A program made the position numbers and the translations under genes. The notes below the pieces were generated by a model that worked only from the letters and a program-made list of their open reading frames with translations, was not told the DNA's origin and did not search any database. From Chrysemys picta bellii (Eukaryota), in NCBI RefSeq assembly GCF_011386835.1, contig NC_088795.1, positions 133,858,001 through 133,922,000 of the forward strand: a stretch of 64,000 bases of DNA, in the 5' to 3' direction. Positions 39,653 to 51,505 of this stretch are shown in pieces. The stretch's first letter is position 1, and each line of letters starts with the position of its first letter.

Positions 39653-40387
39653 CTACTCTTCTATACTCACTCTGTTTATTGCATGATAAAGCTATTCAAT
39701 AATAAATTACAGGATGACTGTACAACAAAAACACTAAATGAATTTGTATTTCCATTCTACCTTTAAAAAAAAATATTTCCATTTATTTCAATGGAAGTTA
39801 GGATTATAAATACCTTTGAGGATCTGGGCCTTAATCTCTCTGTGCCAACTGTAAAATAAGGATAGTACTTCCCTAACACCCAGCGTGGTGTGAAGATAAA
39901 TACATTAAGATTGTGGGGCACTCCAGTACTACAGTAATGGGAGCTGTATAACTACCTCAGACAGAAAGAAGTGTCCTACCAAAAAAAGTATAAACCAAAG
40001 AAAAGTATATTCCAGGCTTCTAATAGCTCTACTTGCATTGCTTGATGTTTCTCAGTTATTATATATAAAAGTCATAATGACAGTATTGCAATTCATTTAT
40101 CCACTTTGTGGTCTAGCATCCTGCTTCCTCACATTTTTCTGATTATAGCTAACACATCATAAGAAAAACAGATGTTGATGGTTTTGGTTCCAGTTTAATT
40201 TGTCCACTTTAAATATCCACACACACATTCATGTAGATGATCTCACACCACAGAAAGTTGTATGATTAAAAAAAAATGATTACTATTCTGCTCTACTCTC
40301 CATGTTCACTACATGGTAAATTTATTCAATAATAAATTATACAGGATGCTGTACAATAAAAATACTAAGTGGTTTTGTTTTCCCATT
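39653..40387. repeat. Two diverged direct copies of a ~105-bp AT-rich unit (about 39653-39756 and 40284-40387), offset about 630 bp
   Basis: Shared core tattcaataataaatta(ta)caggatg(a)ctgtacaaYaaaaaYactaaRtg starting at 39693 and 40323. The flanks beyond the unit do not align. Confidence 0.75.
39820..39960 (+). mobile_element. MIR/CORE-like SINE 3' fragment
   Basis: ttaatctctctgtgcc[deletion]aactgtaaaataaggatagtacttcc...gtgtgaagataaatacattaagattgtg resembles 31770-31890. Confidence 0.5.
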
Positions 40388-41439
40388 GGCTTTTAAGTTT
40401 ACTTTTGGTATCCAAGAAAGAAACAAACAGTATTTTATCATTAATTGTATAATAAAAAATCTAAATCATATTCATGATGAATTGCTATATCTTTCTGTAA
40501 TATTAACTTACTAGGGAAAGGAAATGCTATATAATACAGAGTAGAAATTGAAATAATTCAAGAGTCCACAAGGTGGTGCAATTCTACAAAAGATAGAAGG
40601 CAGCAGAGACTTTTGCTGTATAATATAACAGGTGCCACACACTGCATATAACATGGCTTACAAAAGGTTTTTTCTCTGCTGCATGACTGAGGTGAGTACC
40701 CAATGAGTTCCAGTGTCTACAGTTACCATCCCCTCTAAAAATCCAACTTCCACAAACTAACGTAGCCCACTTAGCTAAACACACATAGAGAGACATTTAG
40801 GACAGAGTTCTGGCTCAGATCACTCAAATGCTCTGCATTCCAGGGCAGACCGATCCTGCTGTTCAACTGTTCCACTTCAGTTGGAGACATTCTAATTTAT
40901 GCTCCTCTCTCTTCCTCCTCTCCCCTAATGGAGTAAGCAGAAGGCCCCTGCGGGAGGTAGCGGAGAGGACCAGGAGGTGATGGTTCTCTTTTAGGGTGGC
41001 AGACAGCAGCTCAGACGGCTATATTTTTCTCATCGTCTTCAAAACCATCAACACCTGGGCAGCTGAGTTCCCTCATTCAGAAGCCTCTCTGCTGCTTTAA
41101 GTGGAGGGGTGGCAGAGAGAGTAGGGGGCCCAGAGCTGCCAGAGAGGTGGTATATGCAAGACTGAGGAACTTTTGAGTCTACAAGGGGTACCAGCTGCAA
41201 GAAGCCCTGAAAAGAGGTAGCCTAAATTAACTGAATTGTATTGTGGAGGAGGAGGAGCAGTGTGAATTTGGGAAGGGGGAGGGGGAATTTCAGCATACAC
41301 CAAGACTTCTTTCACATCAATGTAAGTTTCTTTTCTTAGGCAACCTGCAGAACATTACGCAGTTTCTCGTGTTCTTGATCATTATCATCCCAGGTCAACA
41401 GGACAGAACGATTAGCTCCACCCACTCAGACCCTCAAAT

Positions 41440-41765
41440 ATATGTAAAATATAGGAATTGCCATATTGGATCAGACCAGTAGTCTGTCTAGTCTGACAGT
41501 GGCCTGCACCAGATGCTTCAGAGGAAAGCTCAACAAATGCTAGGTGGATATTCATGGAATAACTTGCCCACAGAAGAAGTTTCTTCCTAGCCCACTCACC
41601 CACAGGTTGACGTAAGCCCCAAAGCATGAAGGTTTATACCCCTTGTTCAGTATATTTTTTAATTAATTGTACCTCTGGTTGTTCTCATTATCCATAGAAG
41701 CGTCCCGTCCTTTTTAAAAATCTTTCCAAACTCTTAGCCTCAATGATATCTGGTGGGAATGAGTT
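41440..41765 (-). mobile_element. CR1 3' end fragment
   Basis: taggaattgccatattggatcagaccagtagtctgtctagtc...gacagtggcctgcaccagatgcttcagagga is the reverse complement of a CR1 3' UTR and tail. Confidence 0.65.
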
Positions 41766-42299
41766 AGAGGTTGCTAAGGGGAAATCATAAATGTTCATCC
41801 ATCAAAAGGAAAATCCGAAGGTACAGGTTTTGCACTGTTTGGCAAGTTGAACGTGGCAAAACTGTTGGCTCCTATTGAAAAATGAAAATGCTCTTGCATT
41901 TTGAAGCCCAGACATGATCTCCTCCACTGTTCTAAAGAGGTAGGATTGGTGGTGGACGGCCTTAGTCAAATCTTTTGAATCTATACAAATCCTTTACTAG
42001 TTTTGGTTTTATTACAAGGCAATTTTGTTTACATCAGTTATGTCTATTTGTTCAATAACATCTAATTTTCACACCTGATCAATTTCCCCTTTTACTTTTG
42101 TTTCCCAATGCTACTGGGACTTTATGTTCTGTATGCATTTTTAGTGGGACATTGTGACCTATACCATTGTAATGTATTGTAGCCTTAATGCATCCAAGTT
42201 CAGTAACACCTCATCAAATTCTTTAAGAATAACATTTGTATCCTGTTTGGTAGAGAAGCTGATCATATATGGAATCACATGTATTTAGACATGTTTAGC

Positions 42300-43330
42300 T
42301 TAGAATTTCTATACACGGTTCTCAATCTTTTTTGTAAATGTTTGCTGTGATTCCATTATATACTGCTCCAGTTTCTATTCTGATATTTACTTTTAATTAA
42401 TTTATTTCTAGTGTCACAAACCAAGCTATTGTATACTTTTGCTTTATACATATACTGAGCTCTAACAGGCAGTTCTGTGTCAGCATCGTCATAGCTTTGT
42501 ATTGTAATTGTATGCTCATTAATGTAGTTTGCTTTTTATTTCTTTGCAATTTGTTTTGAGAACAACATGCTTTTGCAAAATGGTCACTTTTATTGCCTAC
42601 ATGACATTATTCCTCTTATGGTGAACACTTTTGTTTCACACTGACTGTTCCCACATGTATAACAAACAAAACTGTTTTCTGCTATTTGTATACCATTGTA
42701 TTCTATTTTTGTGCCTTGGTATGCAGTTTTCATTAGATGCACACCAGATCTTTCATTGAATTTAAGAAATACTGTTTTCACTAGCCCTGCAACCTTCCAT
42801 TTTTTCCCCGAAAGCCAAGTCAGTTTCTCACAATAACTTTACTATGATTTGTTTATCAGTTATATGGCAAATAATTCACTTTGTAACAGTCCATCTGTTA
42901 AGTGCAACTTCACATGACTTAGCTTTATTATATAGGTCTGTAAGATAATGCCCAATCATTTAATCTGGTAGCTGGTTAGTGATAAAGAAAAGGTGTTTTC
43001 CAAAATGACAGGCTTTCATTGATCACAGAATTATTGACAAATCTGAATTTTACTTTATCTAGCAGTTTGGAGTCTTCTTTTTCCTTCCAATAGACCACAC
43101 TGTAGATTTTCAATATCTTGGGGCCTTCAACCTGCAGCAGTGTTGGTGGTTAAACACTGATTTCTCTGCATCATTTACCTCCAAAATTTTTTGGAAGTGT
43201 TCCAGCCATTGCCTTCAGTTAGCAACCAGGTTAAGGTATTCCAAATGGAGGTATCCAAATGGCTTAATTTGCTCCATTTTTGCCCAAGATTCAATTTGTT
43301 CTGACACCATGTAATAAAGGTATGACACAC
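42300..43330 (-). mobile_element. Old RTE-like LINE RT fragment
   Basis: Minus-strand remnants RQWLEHFQKILE (near 43180-43215, resembling RWxEHFxxLLN) and GVHLMKT...KIEYNGIQIAENSFVCYT (near 42650-42750, resembling GLxINxxKTK...NG..E.V..F.YLG). Confidence 0.45.
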
Positions 43331-43365
43331 AGGAGTGCTGATAAGAACCATGGCATGGATCAGAG

Positions 43366-43628
43366 CAGGGGCAGCTCTATGTGTTTTGCCGCCCCAAGCA
43401 CGGCAGTCAGGCGGCTTTCGGCGGTGCACCTGTGGGAGGTCCGCAGATAACGTGGATTTGGCGTACCCGCCGCCGAATTGCCGCCGAAACCATGGGACCA
43501 GCAGAGCTCCCGCAGGCATGCTGCCAAAGGCAGCCTGACTGCCGCCCTCACCACAACCGGCAGGCCGTCCCCCGCAGCTTGCCGCCCCAGGCACGCGCTT
43601 GCTGCGCTGGTGCCTGGAGCCACCCCTG
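43366..43628. mobile_element. hAT MITE, CAGGGGCGGCTC family, 263 bp
   Basis: TIRs caggggcagctc / gagccacccctg and a perfect TSD gatcagag. Collinear with 29362-29662. Confidence 0.92.
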
Positions 43629-43724
43629 GATCAGAGTTACCAAAGATTATACAGTTCTGTCACATGTCAGGGATAAGTAGCCAATGGCTCCAGTAGCTAC
43701 CGTTATAGACTGGACACTCTAAAG

Positions 43725-43944
43725 CAGAGGTTCTCAAACTGGGGGTCAGGACCCCTCAGGGGGTCACGAGGTTATTACATGGGGGGGTCGCGAGCTGTCA
43801 ACCTCCATCCCAAATCCCGCTTTGGCTCCAGCATTTATAATGGTGTTAAATATATAAAAAAGTGTTTTTAATTTATAAGGGGGAGGTCGCACTCAGGCTT
43901 GCTATGTGAAAGGGTTACTAGTAAAAAAGGTTTGGGAGCCACTG
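43725..43944. mobile_element. hAT (Charlie-like) MITE, 220 bp
   Basis: TIRs cagaggttctcaaac / gtttgggagccactg and TSD ctctaaag / ctctaagg (7/8). Confidence 0.85.
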
Positions 43945-45603
43945 CTCTAAGGCAAACATACACACCTAGTTTTATCTGGTAATAGAATCAAAGAATAGTG
44001 AAGTGATTTTGTCAGTATTTTGGGGAATGGATTTACAAGTATATTACAGAGCCTTAACATGGATGACTAACACCAACATGGATCTTTGTACGCTATGCAG
44101 AAGCATTGATTCAGGGCATGAGTTATGTTGATGCTCTCAGTCCTTGTGCTTTGTGCCACAGCAGCCTTTAGATACCAGGAGGAGCAAATGCAGGGAAAGT
44201 CCGGCTCAGCCCCTAGCATAGAGCATGTTCAGTGTTAATGGAATCTTTGGAGAATTTAGCAGCCAATTTTTAAAAAGTCTCAACTGAGCATGCATGAACC
44301 AAGATTTCTCAAATGCTTATAAGTTGGCCCAGTTTTTATGGAGACAGCAAAAGGTACATCCCTGATACCAAAGCAACCCTCATGCTAAATTTGAACTCCC
44401 TGCTCCAAAGTATGAAGGCATTACAGCTTCTCAACGAGACAGTTGTAAGAACTTTTTAACATGGGGAAAACAGTGTATTTCATTTTTGGAAATGGCTGAA
44501 CCATTTTAGCTTAAACTCCAAAAAACAAACAAACAAATAAAAAATAAAACAGGAACATTTTCAGCCTAAATGTCTTAAGTTTGACAAAACTATACAGAAC
44601 TGAAAACAAGGTCTCACAATGGAAAGTGTTAGGCAATCTTACCAATATGAGGAACAACTAGTTCTGATTATAACACCACTTTGGATTTTATATATTTTAA
44701 AAAAATGATTGTCCTTTTTTCTATTATATCTTATTCTCTTTCTTTAATCAACCCTGAATTTAGAGAAAATTTTTTTTGTATGTATGCTATTCGTCATAAC
44801 AAATATCTAGAGAGTCAGATAAATTGTATGGAAATTAAACATCAAACCCTAATTAATAGTCAAATTATCCAGTTGAAACTAAGAGCAATAATATTTACAT
44901 TAAATATAGGCAATGTCAAATACTATACACTTACTATCTCCTGTTTAAAACAAAAGAAAAATTCTAAAACTAAACAATATTTCAAAATGTCAAACTCTGA
45001 CTAAATGGATTCATAAGCTCTTTTCATTTCCAATATTTCCAAAGTCTAGCAAGAGCAATTATAGCTTCTCCAAAGACTAAGATACATACAAATCATACAA
45101 AGGTAACTGTTCCATTGCAGTATACAATCAACGTGTCATAGAATATGACAATTACCATGTGAAATTATTTAAAGATGACAGTTAAAGTGTTTAAGATAGG
45201 TACAATCTAATTTAAACTAAATTTCAGGCTATTTTGGTTCACAAAGGACTTCAAATCACTAACAATGTAGGTATTTGCAAATTACAGGGATGTTGAGATC
45301 CAGGGAAAGTTGAGTCTGAAATCAGCAACAAGCAGTTTCAAACGGGATGATGCTTAAGGACAAATCTGCACTCTTTTTGCTTTAGGGCAGAATGATGCTT
45401 TTGCCCTACGGTAGGTGTTCCTTTAGCGTACACGTCATATCAAAAGCCATGTTACCGCTCGTGCGAGTTTTTACTACGGGAGATACTGAAACATTAATGT
45501 AGCAATGCTAATTACTCAACCAAAAGGATTAACAGTAGTATAACTTCAGCAAGGGAAAAGAATACTATCATAAGGAGGGTCAGAAGTTTCTCTCTATCCC
45601 CTT

Positions 45604-45815
45604 AAAAACAACAAGGAGTCCAGTGGCACCTTAAAGACTAACAGATTTATTTGGGCATAAGCTTTCATGGGTAAAAAAACTCACTTCATGCATCTGAAGA
45701 AGTGAGGTTTTTTGCCCACGAAAGCTTATGCCCAAATAAATCTATTAGTCTTTAAGGTGCCACCGGACTGCTTGTTGTTTTTGTGGATAGAGACTAACAC
45801 GGCTACCCCCTGATA
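45604..45815. mobile_element. Palindromic (inverted pLTR pair) Penelope-like element with hammerhead motif
   Basis: Two ~85-bp arms inverted about ATGCAT (45688-45693). The right arm reads gcatCTGAAGAagtgaggttttttgcccacGAAAgcttatgc. Perfect 14-bp TSD ctctctatcccctt at 45590-45603 and 45816-45829. Confidence 0.88.
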
Positions 45816-47719
45816 CTCTCTATCCCCTTGTTTCCTGTGCTGCAGTCATGCTGGTCTGTTTGATCTGTTAGCACATAGAGAAGTGTTTTCAGAATCATCT
45901 CAGAACTGCAGCTACATTTGTTGGAAATCTTAGAGCTAAAGAGAGCAATGTCTCAGCCTCAAGAACAAGGCTGAGTAAGTCCCTGTTTGCAGCTAAGCAT
46001 TCAGGTGAAAGTGGCTAAAAGCGGGCAAAACAAGATTATATTCAAATGAATCCTCGGTGTCCTCAGTGAAGTGGACAAATGAAAATAACTTCCTTTTTAC
46101 TTCTTAATATTAGGAAGAAAAAGATATACATTTTTCACAAGTACACTTACAGGTCATGAATGATGTGACTACGATTTTACATATCACACATGAATCTAAT
46201 ACACTTGCAACACCATGCAAAAGTGTGAAAAGAGAATACCTGAAAGAGGAATGGTGGCTGAATATTCCTATGAAGAATCAGGGGATCCTATCGGATGACC
46301 TGCATAGTCTTCTCAGTCCCAAATATCAATGCATTTATTATCACTAAGCACAATGGCCCCTGTTGCATTGAACAGTAGCCCTTTCCAGATAGTGGTGGCA
46401 GCATCAGTTTGAAACTGATAAGCATCACATGATTATAGTTAGTTTCAAAATCCTGCTGTCCATACCATGTGGAAAAAACTCCTGTGCAAGATTCAAAGTG
46501 CAATTAGATCAAACAGTGATCATTTTATAGGATTCTCACCATTAAGGGAGTTAAAAAAAATAATCATGTGCACAGACACTTGAAAAATATGGGATTCCTA
46601 AAATCTTGACCCACAATTTAAAGCCACAATAACTTCAATATGAAAAATATGATGAGTTGAATCAGAAGATACAGAACATTTATTATGGGCACAAAGAAGT
46701 TTTGAAAAGCACAAATCAAAAATGATTTTAAACCCAAGTGGGTTACACTTTATACACAGGGTCCTGCAATAGCTACACAGAGGTTTTTTTGTTTGTTTGT
46801 TTTTTGCCAATTTCAGACCTTTAAAATCAAATCAATTTATTTTTGCTGAAGTCAATAAATTTGCCCAGAGATGAATTTGTCCTTTTATGTATTAAGGCTT
46901 TTGACACCGCACTAGCAATTTTGCTCCATGCTAGCAGTGATAAACATCAATAATTTTAAAGACATATTAACATCATGGCAATGTTAAGATTCCGTGCCAT
47001 TTAACAACATATTTATGGCAAAAATTAAAAAAAAATAGGATTAATAAAGTCAATGCTGATTAAGCAATTGACCATTTCCAAGGCTACCAATATTTGCTAG
47101 ACCATTTAAATTGACACCCAGCATAGAAGAAACATGGCACCATACACTCTAAAAAATCATTAAAAAAACAATTTTAAACTTTTTCCTCAATAACAGAGCC
47201 CTTTTCACAAAGAATCACACAACTTTCCCATCCCAGCTATTAAATTAATTCGTGTCAAGCAATTTGTTTCTGGATAAGGCAATCAAAGGCACATTAAATA
47301 TCCCTATATAGACATAGGAAAAGCTTGATAAAACTAATTGTGTCTTACAATGTGCACTGAAGGTACCAAGCTCTAGCAGAGGGAGCATATTCCAGAGACT
47401 AGGCTCCCCATTGAGAAGCCATGTCATCAGCCACTACAGAGTGTTAAATCCAAGGAAAAAATAGATAGAACAACTGGGGGAGGGGAAGAGCTGTTCTCTC
47501 AACAGCTCTCAAATAACTCAGATTCAGACCATTTAGGGTTTTATAGATCCTAACCAGCACCTTCATTTCGCACCTGGGACTGTGCCTGGTAACTAATGCA
47601 GAAAACAGAATACTAATGTTCATCTTAAAAGGCACACTCTGGGGTCCGTTTCTGAGTGTACGAAACATTTAGGACACTACCACAATCAAAATAATAAATT
47701 ACATTTTAAAAACTTACAT

Positions 47720-47920
47720 GGGGGAGGGATAGCTCAGTGGTTTGAGCATTGGCCTGCTAAACCCAGGGTTATGAGTTCAATCCTTGAGGGGACCACTTAG
47801 GGATCTGGGGCAAAATCAGTACTAAGTCCTGCTAGTGAAGGCAGGGGGCTGGACTCCATGACCTTTCAAGATCCCTTCCAGTTCTAGGGCATAGGATATC
47901 TCCATTAATTTAATTTAATT
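47720..47920 (+). mobile_element. Tortoise PolIII/SINE, young full-length copy
   Basis: Intact A box TAGCTCAGTGG and B box GAGTTCAATCC, CR1-like tail gatcccttccagttctagg...atatctccat, and a (TTAAT)n end. Confidence 0.95.
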
Positions 47921-48939
47921 ACAGGAATGCTTCAATTGCAAAGTCAAGCACGCAAAGGCCAGAAAATTCCAGAATTGAGGCTGGCTCTGCAAATTTAATC
48001 TGCCCCCCTTGTTGCTATGCATTACGACTCAATCTTTAATTACCTGATCCCATATACTTTACCAGTGGGTTTCACAGCTATTTGCGGATAGCAGAGGACC
48101 ATAGAGACAGAGGACCTCTGGGCTCAATTCCATGTTCTGGAGGGGAGTGTTCTCTAGTGGGCACAGTCTGTCCCCCTCTGCTTTCATCCACACACACACA
48201 CACACACCCTGGCCTCCTCCTACCCCCAATCTCCTGGCTCCAACTCCTCTCCTCCAGTGCTTCAATGCATTCCTTACCCTAGCTCCTGTCCCCTCTGCTC
48301 CTTCTTCCTCCCTAGATCCCATAACCCCATTTCCTTCCTCTGCTCCTATTCGCCCCAATACAGACAAGGAGACAAGTCAATCACAACTGCAAAGTGATTG
48401 AAAAGGCCAAGCCTGTTGAAGAATCAAGTTCTTACATTCTAAGTGAGATGTAGCATCTACGTTGCTTCCACCTTCAACCTTAGCTACAATTGAATGCCCA
48501 AAAACCATTGTTAAGGCAGAGTTGAGGCTTTCCAGTGGCAGCTCCTGCCCTTCCAGAATGGCATGACCTTATCTCTAGCAGAGCTGCTGCTCCACGGCTG
48601 TAATTAGAGAGAGTGGAGAAGGGAGGGGAGGGGCACTACACACCTATCAGCAGCACAGCAGGCTGGGAGAGGTGTGAAGTGAGCCACACATCTGATTGAA
48701 ATGTTCTCAGATTAAAGAGGATGCCCAATGGAGAGGATTGCAGCCTGAAAAAATAGCTCAGAGCAATGAGAACTGCTCCGTTCATGTTAGTGGGTGTTCT
48801 CATTCCCCCTCCTCCATGTTGGAGAGTTTCTGATTGTGTCAAGCATATCCGTTCTCAGCTCCTCACTCGGGGTCCATAGTGTGTTCTTGATACAGGTGCC
48901 CAGCATGGCTGTTCTAAGCTCCCCACCCAGACAGAGAGG

Positions 48940-49850
48940 GCTTCCCCAGATCGTGTCTCACATGGGCCAGGTGGAAGGGTAAGGAGATGGGCTCAGACCT
49001 CCCTAGAGGGACACGGCACCCCAGATCCCAGCTCATATCAAGGGGTCAAGGAATGGGACTCAATCCCCCCAAGAACCTGATTCACACAAGTGTGGGTGGG
49101 GGTGTGTCAGACTCCCATAGATGGGTAGAGGCTTCACAGATCCTGGCACACATACACAGGGGGAGGGAGTGGGGCTTAGACACACCTGGGGGAAGGCTCG
49201 GGGGGGGGGGAGATAAGGAGAGGGGTTCAGACACCTCCCCAGAAAAGCAAGATTCCTCCAGAAGCAGGCTTATATGAGGGGGCATGGAGGGGGTCAGGCT
49301 CCCAGAGATGGGCTGGGGCCACCAGGCCCACACCCCCAGATCCTGGCACAAACAGAGGGAGGGGTTCAGACACTCCCACTCAGTAGGGACCCAGGATATT
49401 CCAGCTCACATGAGGGAAGGTAGGGAGAGGGGCTCTGACTGCTGCCCCCGCAGAAAGGCAACCCCCCCAGAATCTATCTCACATGAGGATGCACATGGAG
49501 GGGGGTTAGATCCCCACAGGTGGGTAGGGGTCCCCCCAGCCCTTGGCATAGACATGGGGGTCAAGGAGCAGGTCTCAGACATCCCAAAGAGGCAAGCCCC
49601 CCTATGATCCAACCCACATGAGGCGGGGGGATTGGAGAGGGGCTCAGATTCCCTAAACCAGTAGGGGCCCCCCAAATCCTGGCACACACACAAGGAGGAA
49701 GGTAGCCGTGATCAGAGACCCTGATGGGGGCAGGGATACCCAGATCCCAGCTCACATGGGTTGGGGTGGGGAGAAGGCCTCAGACCACCACCAGATCCTG
49801 GCACACACCCAGAAGGAGAAATGTGGGGATGACAGTCCCCTGACCCTATT
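48940..49850. repeat. GC-rich cryptic, degenerate repeat array
   Basis: Recurrent caRatcctggcac (about 49137, 49337, 49673, 49792) and cagatcccagctcacatg-like motifs (about 48947, 49022, 49397, 49469, 49741), with G-runs between them. Confidence 0.6.
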
Positions 49851-51005
49851 CTCTGCCACTCCTCCTTCCCAGTGTCCCTTCCCCGCCCCCTCATGAGCCC
49901 CCCAACTCCTCTCACCTCCCCTATTACCCATCCCCATTTACCCCTCCCTTCAATGCAGCCCCCAAATGAATCTCACTCCTATTCCCCCCACTTCTCTGCC
50001 CCCTAAGATGCCCTCCCACACCACTGAGGGCAGGCATTTGCATGTCACTTTAAAAAAAAAACATTGTTTAGAAAAATACTTTGATTACCCCCCTCCCCCC
50101 CAAAAAAAACAGGAAAAAAAAAACTGACAGAGATTTTAGCCAAATGTCTTTCTACCTTTCCCAGATTTCTGTCCGAGATGAGACTCAAGATGATACTGGG
50201 TGATTGGGGTTCGAAGAACTACTGTTTAATCCCTTGAGATATGAAGCAGGTGTACAATGGTGAAGGCTAACAGTCATGTTAACTCCTCTGTCTGTGCACA
50301 TTCAATGTAATCAATTGGGCATGTCAATAGGTGCATGAGTATTAGAACTGCTGGGCACATGCCTAACTGGAGAAGCAAACTCTTTTTCAAATAATATTTT
50401 AATTTCATTTCCCCCAAATGACTGATGGGTGCCAATGACTCCATTAGGATAACTCTTGAATATCTGAGCCCCTGGGGCAATGATCTGAACCCTGGTTTGA
50501 TCCCTATCTGTGCACTAAAACCATTCCCAGAATGTGTCAACTTTAAGAAAAGCTGGGGGTTGGGTTTTTCATGGTTTTCTGCAGGGATTGTATGTCTTGG
50601 TCAAACGACTCCAAATTTGGATCACTGACCATACCCGCCTCCCCATGAGGCACACCAAATTTCAAGGTAATCCAAATAACCATATAGATCTTAGAGCATT
50701 TACAAAGTCAAGCTTAAAACAGAAATCTAGTCTTAATCTTAGTTGTAGATTAATCTTAATCTTATAGTTTAATCTTTATCTTAACCACATCAGAGGGACA
50801 GCTCTGCTATAATGAATTACTGTAGTCCACCCTGGTGGGGACAAAATGCTTGGATCACAGTGGCTAGATATGCATTCGGTAGACTAGGGTAAACTTTGTT
50901 GGTTCGATTGCTTGTTTGTTCTCTCTGTATAGCTGCATAGCTGGGCCCTGGCGGCCTGAGTAGGGCCCTGGAGCGTGGATCAGCCCAGCCGTTTGACGTC
51001 TCTGA

Positions 51006-51505
51006 GGGTATGTCTATGCTGCAATCCAAGTCCAGGGTTCAGGCTCAGGCATAACCCCCCTTCCATCTACACACCAATTGCACTAGCCCAGGACTCAGGC
51101 CCAAGGTCCGAGAACCCCACGGGGATGGATGTGAGAGCCTGAATCAAGCCAGGACCCAGGATTCAAGCTCTATTGCTTTGCACTGTAGATGTAGATGCAG
51201 CCTCAACAGACTTATGCTCTGAGAGGCCACCAAAAGTGTCCCACAATCCCACAGGCTGATTTTATTCATCCTCTGGACAGTCAAGTCTTCCCATGGACAA
51301 AGGACTAGAGCGGCCACATTTTGGGAAGGCACTGGGCAGTCTGGAATCTGGTTGTTTGGACTGAGGCCCACATTATGCAGTGTAGATGCTGAAGCTCCAG
51401 ACTGGGACCAAGGATTCAACAATTTCTAACCTGGGGCTACAAACGAATGTAGATGCTAAAGCCTAGTTAAGAAACCCAGGTTTACACTGTAATGTTGACA
51501 TACCC
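51006..51505. mobile_element. PIF/Harbinger MITE, 500 bp
   Basis: TIRs gggtatgtctatgctgca / tgtaatgttgacataccc and a 3-bp TSD TGA on both sides. Confidence 0.75.

Noticed and set aside
44150-44660. Old non-autonomous DNA transposon (also about 50545-50760)
   Set aside because: It looks repeat-like, but I could not define TIRs, a TSD or boundaries.
48940-49850. CRISPR-like repeat-spacer array
   Set aside because: The sequence is vertebrate, the repeats are degenerate and variable, the spacing is irregular, and there are no cas genes.
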